A stretch of DNA of 64,000 nucleotides from a virus (IMGVR_UViG_3300042561_000440:363-64362); one strand, 5' to 3'; shown: positions 1-9,295, counted from the stretch's first letter. Numbers and translations are program-made. Notes: a model not told the origin generated them from the letters alone.

Positions 1-1
1 G

Positions 2-136
2 GAGCGTTACTGCCGGGTGATGCTGACCGTGGTCAAGAAGCACGACCCTGAATACCCGGACCTCCAGCACCTCTCCAACTTCATTGATTGGCAATCTGAG
101 AGGTTTGACCGAATCGTCAAAGGGGAAGACAAATGA
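2..136 (+). CDS. 3' end of an ORF entering from before the window (ERYCRVMLTVVKKHDPEYPD...KGEDK*); possibly the C-terminus of the metallopeptidase starting at 63586 if the genome is circular
   Basis: Open frame from base 2 to a TGA that overlaps the ATG of 133..396 (ATGA coupling). Confidence 0.5.
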   Translation, partial: ERYCRVMLTVVKKHDPEYPDLQHLSNFIDWQSERFDRIVKGEDK

Positions 137-396
137 GCCTGACCGATCCGCAGACGTTGATCCTTTTGGTTGGAGTCCTGTTGCTGGCGTCCCCGGCCCT
201 CATGGGTAGTGCAGTCCTATGGATCAAGAACCTCCTGTACCGGAACTCCATCAAGGAGGATGCCCAGATCAGCACGGTGGTCCAGCTTCTCCAGTTGAAG
301 AACCGGCTGGAAAAGGAGGGCTGCACGGTTGCCTCCGACTCCACCAAAGACCTTGTGTTCGCCCTTGTGTACGGAGAGAAGCCGAAGAAGGACTGA
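133..396 (+). CDS. Small membrane protein, holin-like candidate
   Basis: 87 aa, N-terminal hydrophobic helix (LILLVGVLLLASPALMGSAVLWI), charged C-terminus, coupled to neighbours. Confidence 0.5.
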   Translation: MSLTDPQTLILLVGVLLLASPALMGSAVLWIKNLLYRNSIKEDAQISTVVQLLQLKNRLEKEGCTVASDSTKDLVFALVYGEKPKKD

Positions 397-399
397 CCA

Positions 400-852
400 G
401 TGAAGTGGGCCAGAGGGCTATTCGGGGCAGCACTGATCCTCTTTGCCCTCTACGGGATCAAGGAGGTGGTGGTCCCTGTTGTCTGCCCGCCTCCAAGACC
501 GCCCAAGCCGCCAGTTCAGGTCCTCGTCGGTAACCACTTTGAGCATGAAGTCATAAGGCTGACCAACCAAGAGCGAACCCGCCGTGGACTTCGACCGTTG
601 AAGATGAACACCCAGATGATGGCCTTCGCCAGAAACTGGTCAGCAGTCCAAAGCCGAACCCGAATGCACCACTCAAGAGGAAGCGGTTACGGCGAAAATG
701 TTGCTGTTGGACAGTCCAGTCCAGAGGCAGTCATGCAGGCTTGGATGACATCAATTGGCCATCGTCGGAACATACTCAACCCAAACTACAGTTATATTGG
801 TGTCGGCTATGTAAACGCTGGCCGCCCCTACTGGACGCAAAACTTCAAATGA
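400..852 (+). CDS. CAP/SCP-domain exported protein
   Basis: N-terminal signal/TM, Pro linker, then TNQERTRRGLRPL, GENVAVGQ, WMTSIGHRRNIL, IGVG, YWTQNF motifs. Confidence 0.9.
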   Translation: MKWARGLFGAALILFALYGIKEVVVPVVCPPPRPPKPPVQVLVGNHFEHEVIRLTNQERTRRGLRPLKMNTQMMAFARNWSAVQSRTRMHHSRGSGYGENVAVGQSSPEAVMQAWMTSIGHRRNILNPNYSYIGVGYVNAGRPYWTQNFK

Positions 853-1448
853 GAAAACTACCGCCGGGAACGTGCTGTGACTGTGGATGCGTCACATCCA
901 GCAAGTACCGATTGCGATGCACTTCATGCGGACAGAGGAAGCGTCGAGGCAGTGAGCCGGGGCTGCCAGACGGCTTTGTTGTGGACGAGTGCTTTGGAGA
1001 TCAGGTAGGCAAGCTCATTTGGACGCTTAGAAAAGGTTATGCCGTCAATCGACGCACTGAAAACGGAAAGATCAAAAAGGTCCCTCTTCACGATCTCGTC
1101 TGGGAGTTATCGGGCAGGCCAGCCCCGAAGTTCCCCATGACCATCGACCACTGCAACCGCGACCCCAAAGACAGCCGTCTTGAAAACCTGCGAATCGCCA
1201 CGCCATCACTTCAGGCCCTGAACACCAGAAAGCCAACAGGCAAGTACGGATTACCTGCGGGCGTGTCTTTTGTGGAGTTCAATGGCAGCGGCAAGAAGAG
1301 GGCAAAGCCATACGCAGCCAGAATACGCCACAGAGACAAGAGGACTTTCATCGGGATGTTCACCACCCCCGAAGAAGCGTCCGCAGCCTACGAAAAGAAA
1401 CGTGCCGAACTCATTTCCCTTGAGTGTTCCCTTTCCTCCCCGGAGTAA
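849..1448 (+). CDS. HNH homing endonuclease with C-terminal AP2 domain
   Basis: TIDHCNRDPKDSRLENLR (HNH_3-like); GVS...YAARIR...FIGMFTTPEEASAAY (AP2); start set at the ATGA overlap at 849. Confidence 0.85.
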   Translation: MRKLPPGTCCDCGCVTSSKYRLRCTSCGQRKRRGSEPGLPDGFVVDECFGDQVGKLIWTLRKGYAVNRRTENGKIKKVPLHDLVWELSGRPAPKFPMTIDHCNRDPKDSRLENLRIATPSLQALNTRKPTGKYGLPAGVSFVEFNGSGKKRAKPYAARIRHRDKRTFIGMFTTPEEASAAYEKKRAELISLECSLSSPE

Positions 1449-1453
1449 CTCCC

Positions 1454-1867
1454 ATGAAAAAGTATGTGATCTTTGCCATTGCTCTTCTCCTTGGCTGTCT
1501 GGCCATCCCGGTCGTTGAGCCGGTTCAGGCTGGCAACTGCCACGGCAAGAAGAAGGCGACCCCCACGGCGGTGACCGTGGAGGAAGATGTTGTTGTCGAA
1601 GGTGCCAAGGTCAAGGTGAAGGACACCGTGACCGTCGAAGAGGGCCCGGCTGGCGTGACCGTGGTCGAGAAGATCGAGGTGGACGAGGGCCCGGTCGGTG
1701 GCCCCGTCGGCGTCCATGCTTCTCGGAAGGCTGCCCGTAAGGTGAAGCGAGCGACCATTGCGGAGGCTAAGGCCGAACGCAAGGCTGCCCGTGCCGCCCA
1801 GAAGGAAGCCAACGCCGAGTTTGAAGCCGGTGCTGAGGAAGCCGTCCGCGAGGCCTACTCCAAGTAG
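1454..1867 (+). CDS. Exported protein with signal peptide, acidic Val/Glu-rich segment and Lys/Ala-rich tail
   Basis: MKKYVIFAIALLLG...VQA signal; GGAG RBS upstream. Confidence 0.7.
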   Translation: MKKYVIFAIALLLGCLAIPVVEPVQAGNCHGKKKATPTAVTVEEDVVVEGAKVKVKDTVTVEEGPAGVTVVEKIEVDEGPVGGPVGVHASRKAARKVKRATIAEAKAERKAARAAQKEANAEFEAGAEEAVREAYSK

Positions 1868-1881
1868 TCGTTGGCATCACT

Positions 1882-1916
1882 CCGGGGGGCCATGCTTCCG
1901 GCGCATGGTCCCCCGG
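1882..1916 (+). terminator. GC-rich 14-bp hairpin (terminator or stabiliser; no U-tract)
   Basis: ccggggggccatgc / gcatggtcccccgg inverted repeat in intergenic space. Confidence 0.45.
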
Positions 1917-1938
1917 GGAGCCGGTTCAGGAGTTAAGA

Positions 1939-2229
1939 ATGAGCAGACTTTTGAGAACGCTGCGAGAAAGCAGGATGTCTCCTCAACAGCAGGAGTTGCT
2001 CAAGTTTTTAATCACTGGTGGCCAGTACAGCAGCCTGCCACCTGACATTGGTGCTGATCCCATCGGAGACCCGGCGGCTGACTATCTGGATGGCCCCAGC
2101 ATGGCAGACATTCTCTTGAAGAACGCCAAGGCCATGGCCGTCCACGACATGCTCAGGCAGGCCCGGTCAGAGGACGGCAACCCACGGATGGCACCCATGA
2201 TCGCATCTATTGGCCAACTGGACCGATGA
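1939..2229 (+). CDS. Hypothetical protein
   Basis: AGGAG RBS, 96 aa, ATGA coupling to next gene. Confidence 0.6.
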   Translation: MSRLLRTLRESRMSPQQQELLKFLITGGQYSSLPPDIGADPIGDPAADYLDGPSMADILLKNAKAMAVHDMLRQARSEDGNPRMAPMIASIGQLDR

Positions 2230-2897
2230 GCGAAACACCTAAACCACCCGACCAGACCCGGCAGTGTGACAACTGCAAGCAAGTTAAGCCGCTTAACCCT
2301 AAGCATTTTCCTAGGGTAAAGGGCACCCAGCACAGCTATCAATGGGTCTGCCGCCCCTGCAAGGTCAAGATCAAACAGCAGGCCCAGATGGAGCGGCTGG
2401 AGAGGACTGCCATTGGCAACTACCTCTCTCGGACGGTCTCGGGCGGCTCCAACATCCCCCACACAGCAGAGCTTCTAGAGGGGATCATGCACTACTTTGG
2501 TGGTGCAAACGGGTTCGCCAGTCTGGTGATGAAGCAATACTTTGAGGCCGCCCCGGGCAGCAGGATGCGCAACTCCCTGCTTGAAATGGTCGTTCGGCTG
2601 GCGTCCAAGAACACCGAGCAGGGCGGTGCCAAGAAGCCCATCGACCTGTATTCAGAGGAGGAGCTAGAGGCCGAGATTGACAAGCGTCTCAGGCAGGCCG
2701 TCCTGACCTATGGAGGAGTAAGGCACATCGATGTCCAAGAAGAAGAACCAGATTCCACCAACCCCACTCCCAACGGTCCAGAGCATATCGAGCTTCCAGC
2801 GGGACGAGTTGAAGAGCTTGCAGAGCGAGCTAGCAGAGAGGCGCATAGAAGCCTTGAGGCTGTACAGGCCAACCGACAGGCAGAAGGAGTTTCATGA
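2226..2897 (+). CDS. Putative terminase small subunit with N-terminal Zn-finger
   Basis: Directly upstream of TerL; CDNC...CRPC; helical DLYSEEELEAEI segment. Confidence 0.55.
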   Translation: MSETPKPPDQTRQCDNCKQVKPLNPKHFPRVKGTQHSYQWVCRPCKVKIKQQAQMERLERTAIGNYLSRTVSGGSNIPHTAELLEGIMHYFGGANGFASLVMKQYFEAAPGSRMRNSLLEMVVRLASKNTEQGGAKKPIDLYSEEELEAEIDKRLRQAVLTYGGVRHIDVQEEEPDSTNPTPNGPEHIELPAGRVEELAERASREAHRSLEAVQANRQAEGVS

Positions 2898-4407
2898 GTG
2901 CCGCTCTAGTGAAACACTTGTGCTGGGTGGAAATCGTTCCGGCAAGTCCCTCTGTTCATTCATAGAGGACGCATGGGCCGCAACTGGCACCCATCCCGTC
3001 GAAGGAAAGTACAGAAAAGAGGGCGGGAATCTCGTCATCGTCGGCCAGAACTGGAAACACATCGGATTAGTCGTAGTGCCCTATTTGTTCAAGGCCGGGG
3101 CCTTCAAGATCATCAAGGACAAGGCGACGGGCCAGTTCCGAGCCTACGATCCGGTTCTCGACGCCGACCGGGCCAAGGAAGCCAAGCCAGCCCCGCCCCT
3201 GATCCCGCCCCGAATGGTCAAGAGCTTTTCATGGGTGCTGAAGTCAGCAGGTTACTTGAACTCCTGCGAGCTACATAACGGCTGGACAATCTATTGCTTC
3301 TCTTCAGAGGGTGATCCCCCCCAAGGCTTCCAAGCTGATAGGGTCCATATAGATGAAGACCTTAACAACGAATCATGGGTTCCTGAAATGCAAGCTCGCC
3401 TTGCCGACAGGAAAGGTCTCTTCTGTTGGTCAGCCATGCCACATTCCAAGAACGAGGCTCTGCTTGGGCTAAACGAACGAGCCGACAAGGCAGAGGAAGT
3501 TGGCAATACCAAGGACATCAGGCGGTTTGTCCTGAGGTTTCTTGATAACCCCCATATCGATGGCGATGAGAAACGGAAGGCCATCGAGCGGTGGTCGGCC
3601 ATTGGTGATGACGTTCTTAGGCAGAGGTCCGAGGGTGAGTTCGTCATCGACAGCATCCTCGTCTACCCGAACTTCAACCCCAACATCCACTCCTGCGAGC
3701 TAGAGACACCGGACATCCCAGACGATTGGTGCCGGTATGCCGTGGTGGACCCGGGTCACGCCGTCACCGCCGTGCTGTTTGCAGCCGTCCCACCAGAAGG
3801 CGACCGGGTGGTGTGCTACGACGAGCTTTACATAAGGAACTGCAACGCCACCATATTTGCCACTGAGTTTCATAAGAAGGCGGGCGGCAAGCAGTTCTAT
3901 GCCTTTTTGATTGACTCGCACGGTGCCCGCCTGACGGATATTGGCTCAGGAAAATCCCCTCAGGACCAGTATTCCGAACAGCTTTCAGCCCTAGGAATCA
4001 AGTCCAAGGTGACTGGCTCAAGCTTCATCCCCGGCTCTGATGACATCCAGTCCGGCCTTCACGCTGTCCGGCAGATGCTCCACATCCGCCCGGACGGAAC
4101 CCCTCGCATCCGGTATGTCAGGAGCAGGATGCCCAACTTTGAGCGGGAGATGAAGCGGTACAAGAAGAAGACCGTGAGCGTGGCGGGCACCACCATCGTG
4201 ACAGACGAGCCCAACAAGAGAGGCGAGTTCCATCTGGTGGACTGCCTCAGATACCTGTGTGCTTATAGCCCCGATTACCACAAGCCAGAGGTAAAGGTGG
4301 AAGCACCATGGTGGCAGGCATGGAAAGAGCGCAGGGACAAAGAGCAGGGCAAAACTGGTGCTATTTACTTAGCCCCTGCTAGCTATTCCGAAGTGTACTA
4401 CGCCTGA
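2731..4407 (+). CDS. terL: Terminase large subunit
   Basis: Walker A LGGNRSGKS, Walker B VHIDE, nuclease motifs AVVDPG and HLVDCLRY. Confidence 0.93.
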   Translation: MSKKKNQIPPTPLPTVQSISSFQRDELKSLQSELAERRIEALRLYRPTDRQKEFHECRSSETLVLGGNRSGKSLCSFIEDAWAATGTHPVEGKYRKEGGNLVIVGQNWKHIGLVVVPYLFKAGAFKIIKDKATGQFRAYDPVLDADRAKEAKPAPPLIPPRMVKSFSWVLKSAGYLNSCELHNGWTIYCFSSEGDPPQGFQADRVHIDEDLNNESWVPEMQARLADRKGLFCWSAMPHSKNEALLGLNERADKAEEVGNTKDIRRFVLRFLDNPHIDGDEKRKAIERWSAIGDDVLRQRSEGEFVIDSILVYPNFNPNIHSCELETPDIPDDWCRYAVVDPGHAVTAVLFAAVPPEGDRVVCYDELYIRNCNATIFATEFHKKAGGKQFYAFLIDSHGARLTDIGSGKSPQDQYSEQLSALGIKSKVTGSSFIPGSDDIQSGLHAVRQMLHIRPDGTPRIRYVRSRMPNFEREMKRYKKKTVSVAGTTIVTDEPNKRGEFHLVDCLRYLCAYSPDYHKPEVKVEAPWWQAWKERRDKEQGKTGAIYLAPASYSEVYYA

Positions 4408-4420
4408 CAAAAGCCTCTTG
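4405..4420 (+). promoter_or_regulatory. 16-nt box TGACAAAAGCCTCTTG (copy 1)
   Basis: Identical to 60617..60632; both copies start at a stop codon. Confidence 0.55.
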
Positions 4421-4485
4421 TTGTCTTGCATTTCGCTCCGGTAAATGGTGTCAGCGTTGCTTGAACACCAATTTCTGGAGGTTAT

Positions 4486-4812
4486 ATGGCCACCTTTCAA
4501 ATGCCCGCCCTGTCGGTGGGTGACATGGTTCTCTTCTACGACAACCCTTTCACCGATGGGAATCCGGTGATGGGTTGGGTCACCTGCAAGCCCGGCACCC
4601 AGACCATCAAAGTGCTGGTGTTTGCCGAGGACGCTGGCTTTGTCGAGAAGCCGTCCGTCCGGCACAGGGATGACCCGTTCTGGAGGGAGAGCGAAACGGC
4701 ACAGGCGTGGCAGAAGTGGGGTGCGTTCGATCTTCACCCCAACACCAAGGCCTTGAAGGAACTCCAAGCTCTTTTGACCAAGACCAAGATCGAGGCCGCT
4801 AAGAAGGGTTGA
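4486..4812 (+). CDS. Hypothetical protein
   Basis: GGAGG RBS, 108 aa, between terL and portal. Confidence 0.7.
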   Translation: MATFQMPALSVGDMVLFYDNPFTDGNPVMGWVTCKPGTQTIKVLVFAEDAGFVEKPSVRHRDDPFWRESETAQAWQKWGAFDLHPNTKALKELQALLTKTKIEAAKKG

Positions 4813-4834
4813 TGCGCGTCCAGAAGCCCGACAG

Positions 4835-4845
4835 GTACATAAATA
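4835..4845 (+). promoter_or_regulatory. GTACATAAATA motif, candidate late promoter
   Basis: Recurs at 7986, 23919, 57473, 61426; begins 25 nt before the ATG at 4860. Confidence 0.55.
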
Positions 4846-4859
4846 CAAAGGAGAGTTCC

Positions 4860-5201
4860 ATGAAGCGGTTTTTGATCGCAGCTACGGCTTTCGGGATGTG
4901 TTTGAACTGGACGGTGGAAGCCCATGCAAAGCCCCGCCGCCAGTACCAGCAAGGCCAGCCGGTCCAGAACGTAGTGCGAGCCATGACCAACACCGCTCAA
5001 GGGGTGGCCGAGGCCTGTGCCCGCATGGGTCGGCTTCAGCACATGGGCGGCAACGGCGGCATGATGGAAGGCATCGGGATGGCCAGCACCCCGGAAGCAG
5101 CGGTCAGGAACTGCTGCTACTACGGGCAGATTGCCATTCAGGATCAGGGTGTAGCTCAGGGGCCGAACGGGATGTGGTACGCCTGTATCCGAGGTAGGTG
5201 A
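4860..5201 (+). CDS. Exported small protein, degenerate CAP-like
   Basis: Signal peptide MKRFLIAATAFG; LQHMGG..EGIG..TPEAAV..CCYY..GVAQG..WYACIR resembles a reduced CAP fold. Confidence 0.6.
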   Translation: MKRFLIAATAFGMCLNWTVEAHAKPRRQYQQGQPVQNVVRAMTNTAQGVAEACARMGRLQHMGGNGGMMEGIGMASTPEAAVRNCCYYGQIAIQDQGVAQGPNGMWYACIRGR

Positions 5202-7318
5202 TGGACGAAAACCTGTATCCCGAGCTTCCCTCAGAGGGCTCCGATGGTGGCCCGTTTGAGGCCCCGCCGCAGGACATTATCCCGCAAAAGAGGATGGAGG
5301 ATGCCCTTAGGGCTATCTCTACCTCTTGGCTGTCGAAGCTCAAGCAGGCCCAGAAGCACAAGAAGCCGTTCTCCGATGACTCCAAAGAGTGCATGAACTT
5401 CTTTGACGGTCACGGGGACTGGTTCTGGAAGTCTGACGGCAAGAGCGACAAGAGCTATTCCAAGCTGGCACCGCCCAGCTTCAGGATGTGCATCAACAAG
5501 GCTTTTGAGGCTGTAAAGCTCTTTGGGTCAGTCATTTACCACCGCAACCCGGTAAGGACTGTCACCCCAAGGACGTTCCCGGCGATCCCGCCACAGGCCA
5601 TGGGCATCGACCCCAGCCAGCCGCCACAGATCGATCCGATGACCGGGCAGCCCATGCCCGATCCCATGCTCCAGCAGTACATGCAGGCCTCAAGTCAGAT
5701 AGACATGATGGAGGAGCAGAGGCGAACGGTAGCCCAGCTTGTAGAGACCTACCTGAATTACACGCCCGTGGAGTTGAACCTCAAGGAACACTCCAGAAAG
5801 GCTGTTGACGAGGCCATTATCAAGGGCATGGGGGTGTGGTGGACCGAATTGGTCGAACTCCCAGCCACAGAAGACGGCCAGACCTTCGGGATCATCGGCT
5901 CGTTCTATGACTCCTGTGACAATCTCTTGATGGACCCGGACGCAGACGAGCAGGAGGACATCCTGTGGTGTGCCCGGCGGTGCGTTCACCCGATTGACGA
6001 AGTGGCGGCCCAGTATGGCCTGAGCAAAGAGGACCTAAAGGGTCATCTAGAGAGCTTCGTGGCCCGATCCCAAGAAGAAGACCGGGACTACAAGACCAAG
6101 AAGCAGAACGGCAAAACCAACGACCTGTGCGTTTACTGGAAGATTTGGTCTAAGACCGGATTCGGCCACACGCTCAAGGGATTCCCCAAAGAGTTTGCCG
6201 GGATGTTCGATGCCCTTGGTCAGAACTGCTATGTGGTTGTGGCAGAAGGCGTAGATTTCCCTTTGAATTGCCCCAAGGAAATAGCCCTTGAGCAGCCAGA
6301 CGAGACGGGCCTTCCAAACAGCCTTTTCACCAAGAGCCGCTGGCCCATTCCCTACTACGCGGACATCAATGGCTGGCCTTTCACTCCGCTTCAGTTCCAC
6401 AGAAAGCCGGGGTACATCTGGCCCATCTCCCATCTGAAGCCGGGTCTGAGTGAGCTTAAGTTCCTGAACTGGGCCATGTCCTTCTTGGCGGGCCGCATCA
6501 TGGTGTCCTGCAAGACCATGGTGGGCGTGGCCAAGGCTGCCGGGGATGACATTAAAGACCAGATTCTCAAGCACGAAGAGTCTGGGTTTTCCCTTGTGGA
6601 ACTCTCTGAAACGCTCGGACGGTCAGTCAACGACATTGTTTCAGTGTTTCAGATGCCCAACGTCTCGCAGGACGTATGGACCATTTTGCAAGCCGTCTCT
6701 GAGATGTTCGACAAAAGGGTCGGACTTACAGAGTTGGTCTATGGAATGACTCGCAACCAGTTTAGGTCAGCCGCAGAGGCACAGGTCAAGTCTGAGCAGA
6801 TTTCAGTAAGGCCGGATGACATGGCCAATGTACTGGAAGACGCTATGTCCACCTTGTCTAGGAAAGAGGCCTTGGCTGCCCGTTGGCTCCTCCAGCCCCA
6901 AGACGTTGCCCCTATCCTTGGACCGCTTGGGGCTCAGGTGTGGAGCGGGATCATCCAGCAGATCGACGTTCACGGTCTTGCCCGGGAGTTTGACTACAGG
7001 ATCGAGGCCGGTTCTGCCCGCAAGCCGAACAAGGCGGGCAGAGTCGAGCAGATGAACTTGGCCATGCAGAATCTTGGGCCACTTCTCCAAGGCCTCCTCC
7101 CCATGGGCCAAGTGGGCCCCATGAATGCCCTCCTGTCGGATTGGTGCAAGTCGCTCGACCTTGACCCCAAGCCGTACATGATCCCCGAGCCGCCCCCGCC
7201 GCCGCCTCCCGGCCCGCCACCCGGACCTCCAGCCGGTGAGAGCGGGGCTTCGCCCGAAGAGAGCGGCGGCGGGGCTCCCCCTCCTGAGCCACAGCAAATG
7301 CCACCGGAGTTTCAGTAA
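5201..7318 (+). CDS. Portal protein
   Basis: About 705 aa after terL; DEAIIKGMGV, GLTELVYG...RSAAEAQ, FDYRIEAGS; Pro-rich C-terminus typical of podovirus-type portals. Confidence 0.85.
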   Translation: MDENLYPELPSEGSDGGPFEAPPQDIIPQKRMEDALRAISTSWLSKLKQAQKHKKPFSDDSKECMNFFDGHGDWFWKSDGKSDKSYSKLAPPSFRMCINKAFEAVKLFGSVIYHRNPVRTVTPRTFPAIPPQAMGIDPSQPPQIDPMTGQPMPDPMLQQYMQASSQIDMMEEQRRTVAQLVETYLNYTPVELNLKEHSRKAVDEAIIKGMGVWWTELVELPATEDGQTFGIIGSFYDSCDNLLMDPDADEQEDILWCARRCVHPIDEVAAQYGLSKEDLKGHLESFVARSQEEDRDYKTKKQNGKTNDLCVYWKIWSKTGFGHTLKGFPKEFAGMFDALGQNCYVVVAEGVDFPLNCPKEIALEQPDETGLPNSLFTKSRWPIPYYADINGWPFTPLQFHRKPGYIWPISHLKPGLSELKFLNWAMSFLAGRIMVSCKTMVGVAKAAGDDIKDQILKHEESGFSLVELSETLGRSVNDIVSVFQMPNVSQDVWTILQAVSEMFDKRVGLTELVYGMTRNQFRSAAEAQVKSEQISVRPDDMANVLEDAMSTLSRKEALAARWLLQPQDVAPILGPLGAQVWSGIIQQIDVHGLAREFDYRIEAGSARKPNKAGRVEQMNLAMQNLGPLLQGLLPMGQVGPMNALLSDWCKSLDLDPKPYMIPEPPPPPPPGPPPGPPAGESGASPEESGGGAPPPEPQQMPPEFQ

Positions 7319-7425
7319 TGCACGGAAACAGCGTAGACCCGGAACTGCGGTTTCCTTGCACGTTGGATTGGTGTCAGCACGGCCACTATCAGCGACATTT
7401 CCGCTGGAAGAAGTTGGAGGACTAC

Positions 7426-7974
7426 ATGAACAAACAATTCATGCCAATTGAAATCCTAAATGCCCCTGCCCACGTTCAGCAGCACTACATCAAGGTGCTT
7501 GCTATGGGCTATGGAGAGAGGTGGGCCACGATGGTGGCATTGCAGCAGCCCCCGGGCACCAAGGGCACCGACCGCGCCTTTCAAGAGGGCCGCCTTGCTG
7601 GCAACCAGTGGGACGAACTGCCTCCCCGTCAGGCCAAGAAGATGATCCGAGAGGCCAAGGCGGCAGGCATCAACATCTCTGGAAAGCAATATGTAAGCGG
7701 GTTGGCCAACAAGCTTGGGCATTGCGACCCTATGGCTTGGGTGTCTGATCTGTCTGATGTGAAGAGGGTTGCCAAGGCTAGGAACCTCAACGTCACGGGC
7801 ATGGTCAACATGGAGGCCACCGAGCTTCCCGTCATCAGGCACGACCTGAACCCGCGAATCGCCAAGGAGCTTGCCAAGAAAGAGATCGCCAAAAACCCCA
7901 AGCTTTCTATGGCCGCTGCCCTTGAGAAGGTCAAAGAAAAGCACGCCCCCCGCTGGAAGAAGCCTGCACGCTGA
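7426..7974 (+). CDS. Hypothetical basic protein
   Basis: GGAGG RBS before ATG 7426 (not 7318). Confidence 0.7.
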   Translation: MNKQFMPIEILNAPAHVQQHYIKVLAMGYGERWATMVALQQPPGTKGTDRAFQEGRLAGNQWDELPPRQAKKMIREAKAAGINISGKQYVSGLANKLGHCDPMAWVSDLSDVKRVAKARNLNVTGMVNMEATELPVIRHDLNPRIAKELAKKEIAKNPKLSMAAALEKVKEKHAPRWKKPAR

Positions 7975-7985
7975 CGCCCCTGCCC

Positions 7986-7994
7986 GTACATAAA
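7986..7994 (+). promoter_or_regulatory. GTACATAAA motif, candidate late promoter
   Basis: Intergenic, begins 26 nt before the ATG at 8012. Confidence 0.55.
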
Positions 7995-8011
7995 AGAGGT
8001 AGGAGCGTCCC

Positions 8012-9280
8012 ATGTCTCTTCCAGCCATCCCCTGCCACTCGCCCTCGACTTTCTCCAACTGCGCCTCCGATGAGCGGGGCTACTGGAAAATCCGGGTACG
8101 GCAAGACACCGCAGAAAACTGGGCCAAGAACGACCCTGTTCTTGCCTCTGGTGAGTTTGGCTATGTGATTGGCTCTGCCAATCCGGGCCAGCTTCTGAAG
8201 ATTGGCGACGGCACCCTGCGGTGGAGCCAGCTTCCTTGGCTCATGGCCACGGGTAACTCCGGGCCCCCGGGTCCAGTCGGCCCTCCCGGCGGGAACATGG
8301 CCCTGACCATTCAGGCCAACGAGCCAGCCGTTGCCCCTCTGGGTGACCTGTGGCTCCAGCCTGTTTCAGCCAGTTCAGCCAACCTGTTCATCTCCAACGG
8401 GTTTGACTGGATTTCGGCAGGCTCTGCGGGCGGTGCAGCGGGCACCATCGACACCACGGCATTCAGCTATGGCAACCCACCGTACACGGGCGGTGCCACA
8501 TACATTCCGCCCAACTCCATTGCCGCCAATCCCAGCCCGGCGTACCCGCTTCAGGAGTACATCAACAGGCTGGAAGCTGCCCTGCGGAGCGGCCAGATCG
8601 CCAACTCAGGAAGCAGCACTGCCCTGTGGAGGCTGACGGTTGGCTCAAGCGTCACCATCGGCGGCCTTCTCAGCGTGGCTGGTGGCATCCGATACGGTGG
8701 AACCCTTGGGCCGATCACCAGAGCGGACGAGGAGCCCGAGTACACAGGCGGCTTTGAGCTTCCCCCTCCGACCCAAGACGGCTACCTCCGGGCCGATGCC
8801 GACGATAACAACTGGTACTTCCACGATCCGGTCATTGTCTCGGACACCCAGCCGCCGGAACCCCCGGTAGTTGGAACTCTCTGGGTCTATCCCGATGGTA
8901 CGGCCCCTTCCGAGAACTTCAGCTTTGTCAACCCTCCGGTCTACGCCGACGCCCCCATAGTCGAGCAACCCAACGGGCTCTCCATTGGCCTGTCTCCAGA
9001 CGGTCAGGAAATCCACCAGCCCTACATGGTTGGCGGTGTGAAAGTCCTCGTTGGCGGGAAGGCATACCTCCTGCCGCTTCTGGAAGCCCCGGCATTTGCC
9101 CCCGGGTCAGAGCCCACTCCCCTGTTCACCTACGACGATGACCCGATCACCCAGCAACTGAACGGCACCATCATCGGCATGAACGCTGATGGCACAGAGA
9201 TCACCCAGCCCTACATGGTGGGTGGCATTGCCGTCATCGTCCAAGGCAAGCGTTATTTGTTGCCGGTTATTGAAGAATAA
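8012..9280 (+). CDS. Fibre protein with Mtd/hyaluronidase-type N-terminal anchor and duplicated C-terminal module
   Basis: RQDTAENWAKNDPVLASGEFG..KIGDG..WSQLPW; short GPP collagen; two QPYMVGG...YLLP repeats. Confidence 0.75.
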   Translation: MSLPAIPCHSPSTFSNCASDERGYWKIRVRQDTAENWAKNDPVLASGEFGYVIGSANPGQLLKIGDGTLRWSQLPWLMATGNSGPPGPVGPPGGNMALTIQANEPAVAPLGDLWLQPVSASSANLFISNGFDWISAGSAGGAAGTIDTTAFSYGNPPYTGGATYIPPNSIAANPSPAYPLQEYINRLEAALRSGQIANSGSSTALWRLTVGSSVTIGGLLSVAGGIRYGGTLGPITRADEEPEYTGGFELPPPTQDGYLRADADDNNWYFHDPVIVSDTQPPEPPVVGTLWVYPDGTAPSENFSFVNPPVYADAPIVEQPNGLSIGLSPDGQEIHQPYMVGGVKVLVGGKAYLLPLLEAPAFAPGSEPTPLFTYDDDPITQQLNGTIIGMNADGTEITQPYMVGGIAVIVQGKRYLLPVIEE

Positions 9281-9290
9281 GGTAACGCTC
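9260..9290 (+). promoter_or_regulatory. Candidate promoter TTGCCG-N17-TAACGCTC for the HNH gene
   Basis: Same spacing and -10 region as TTGACA-N17-TAACGCTC at 39089. Confidence 0.3.
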
Positions 9291-9295
9291 AGTCC

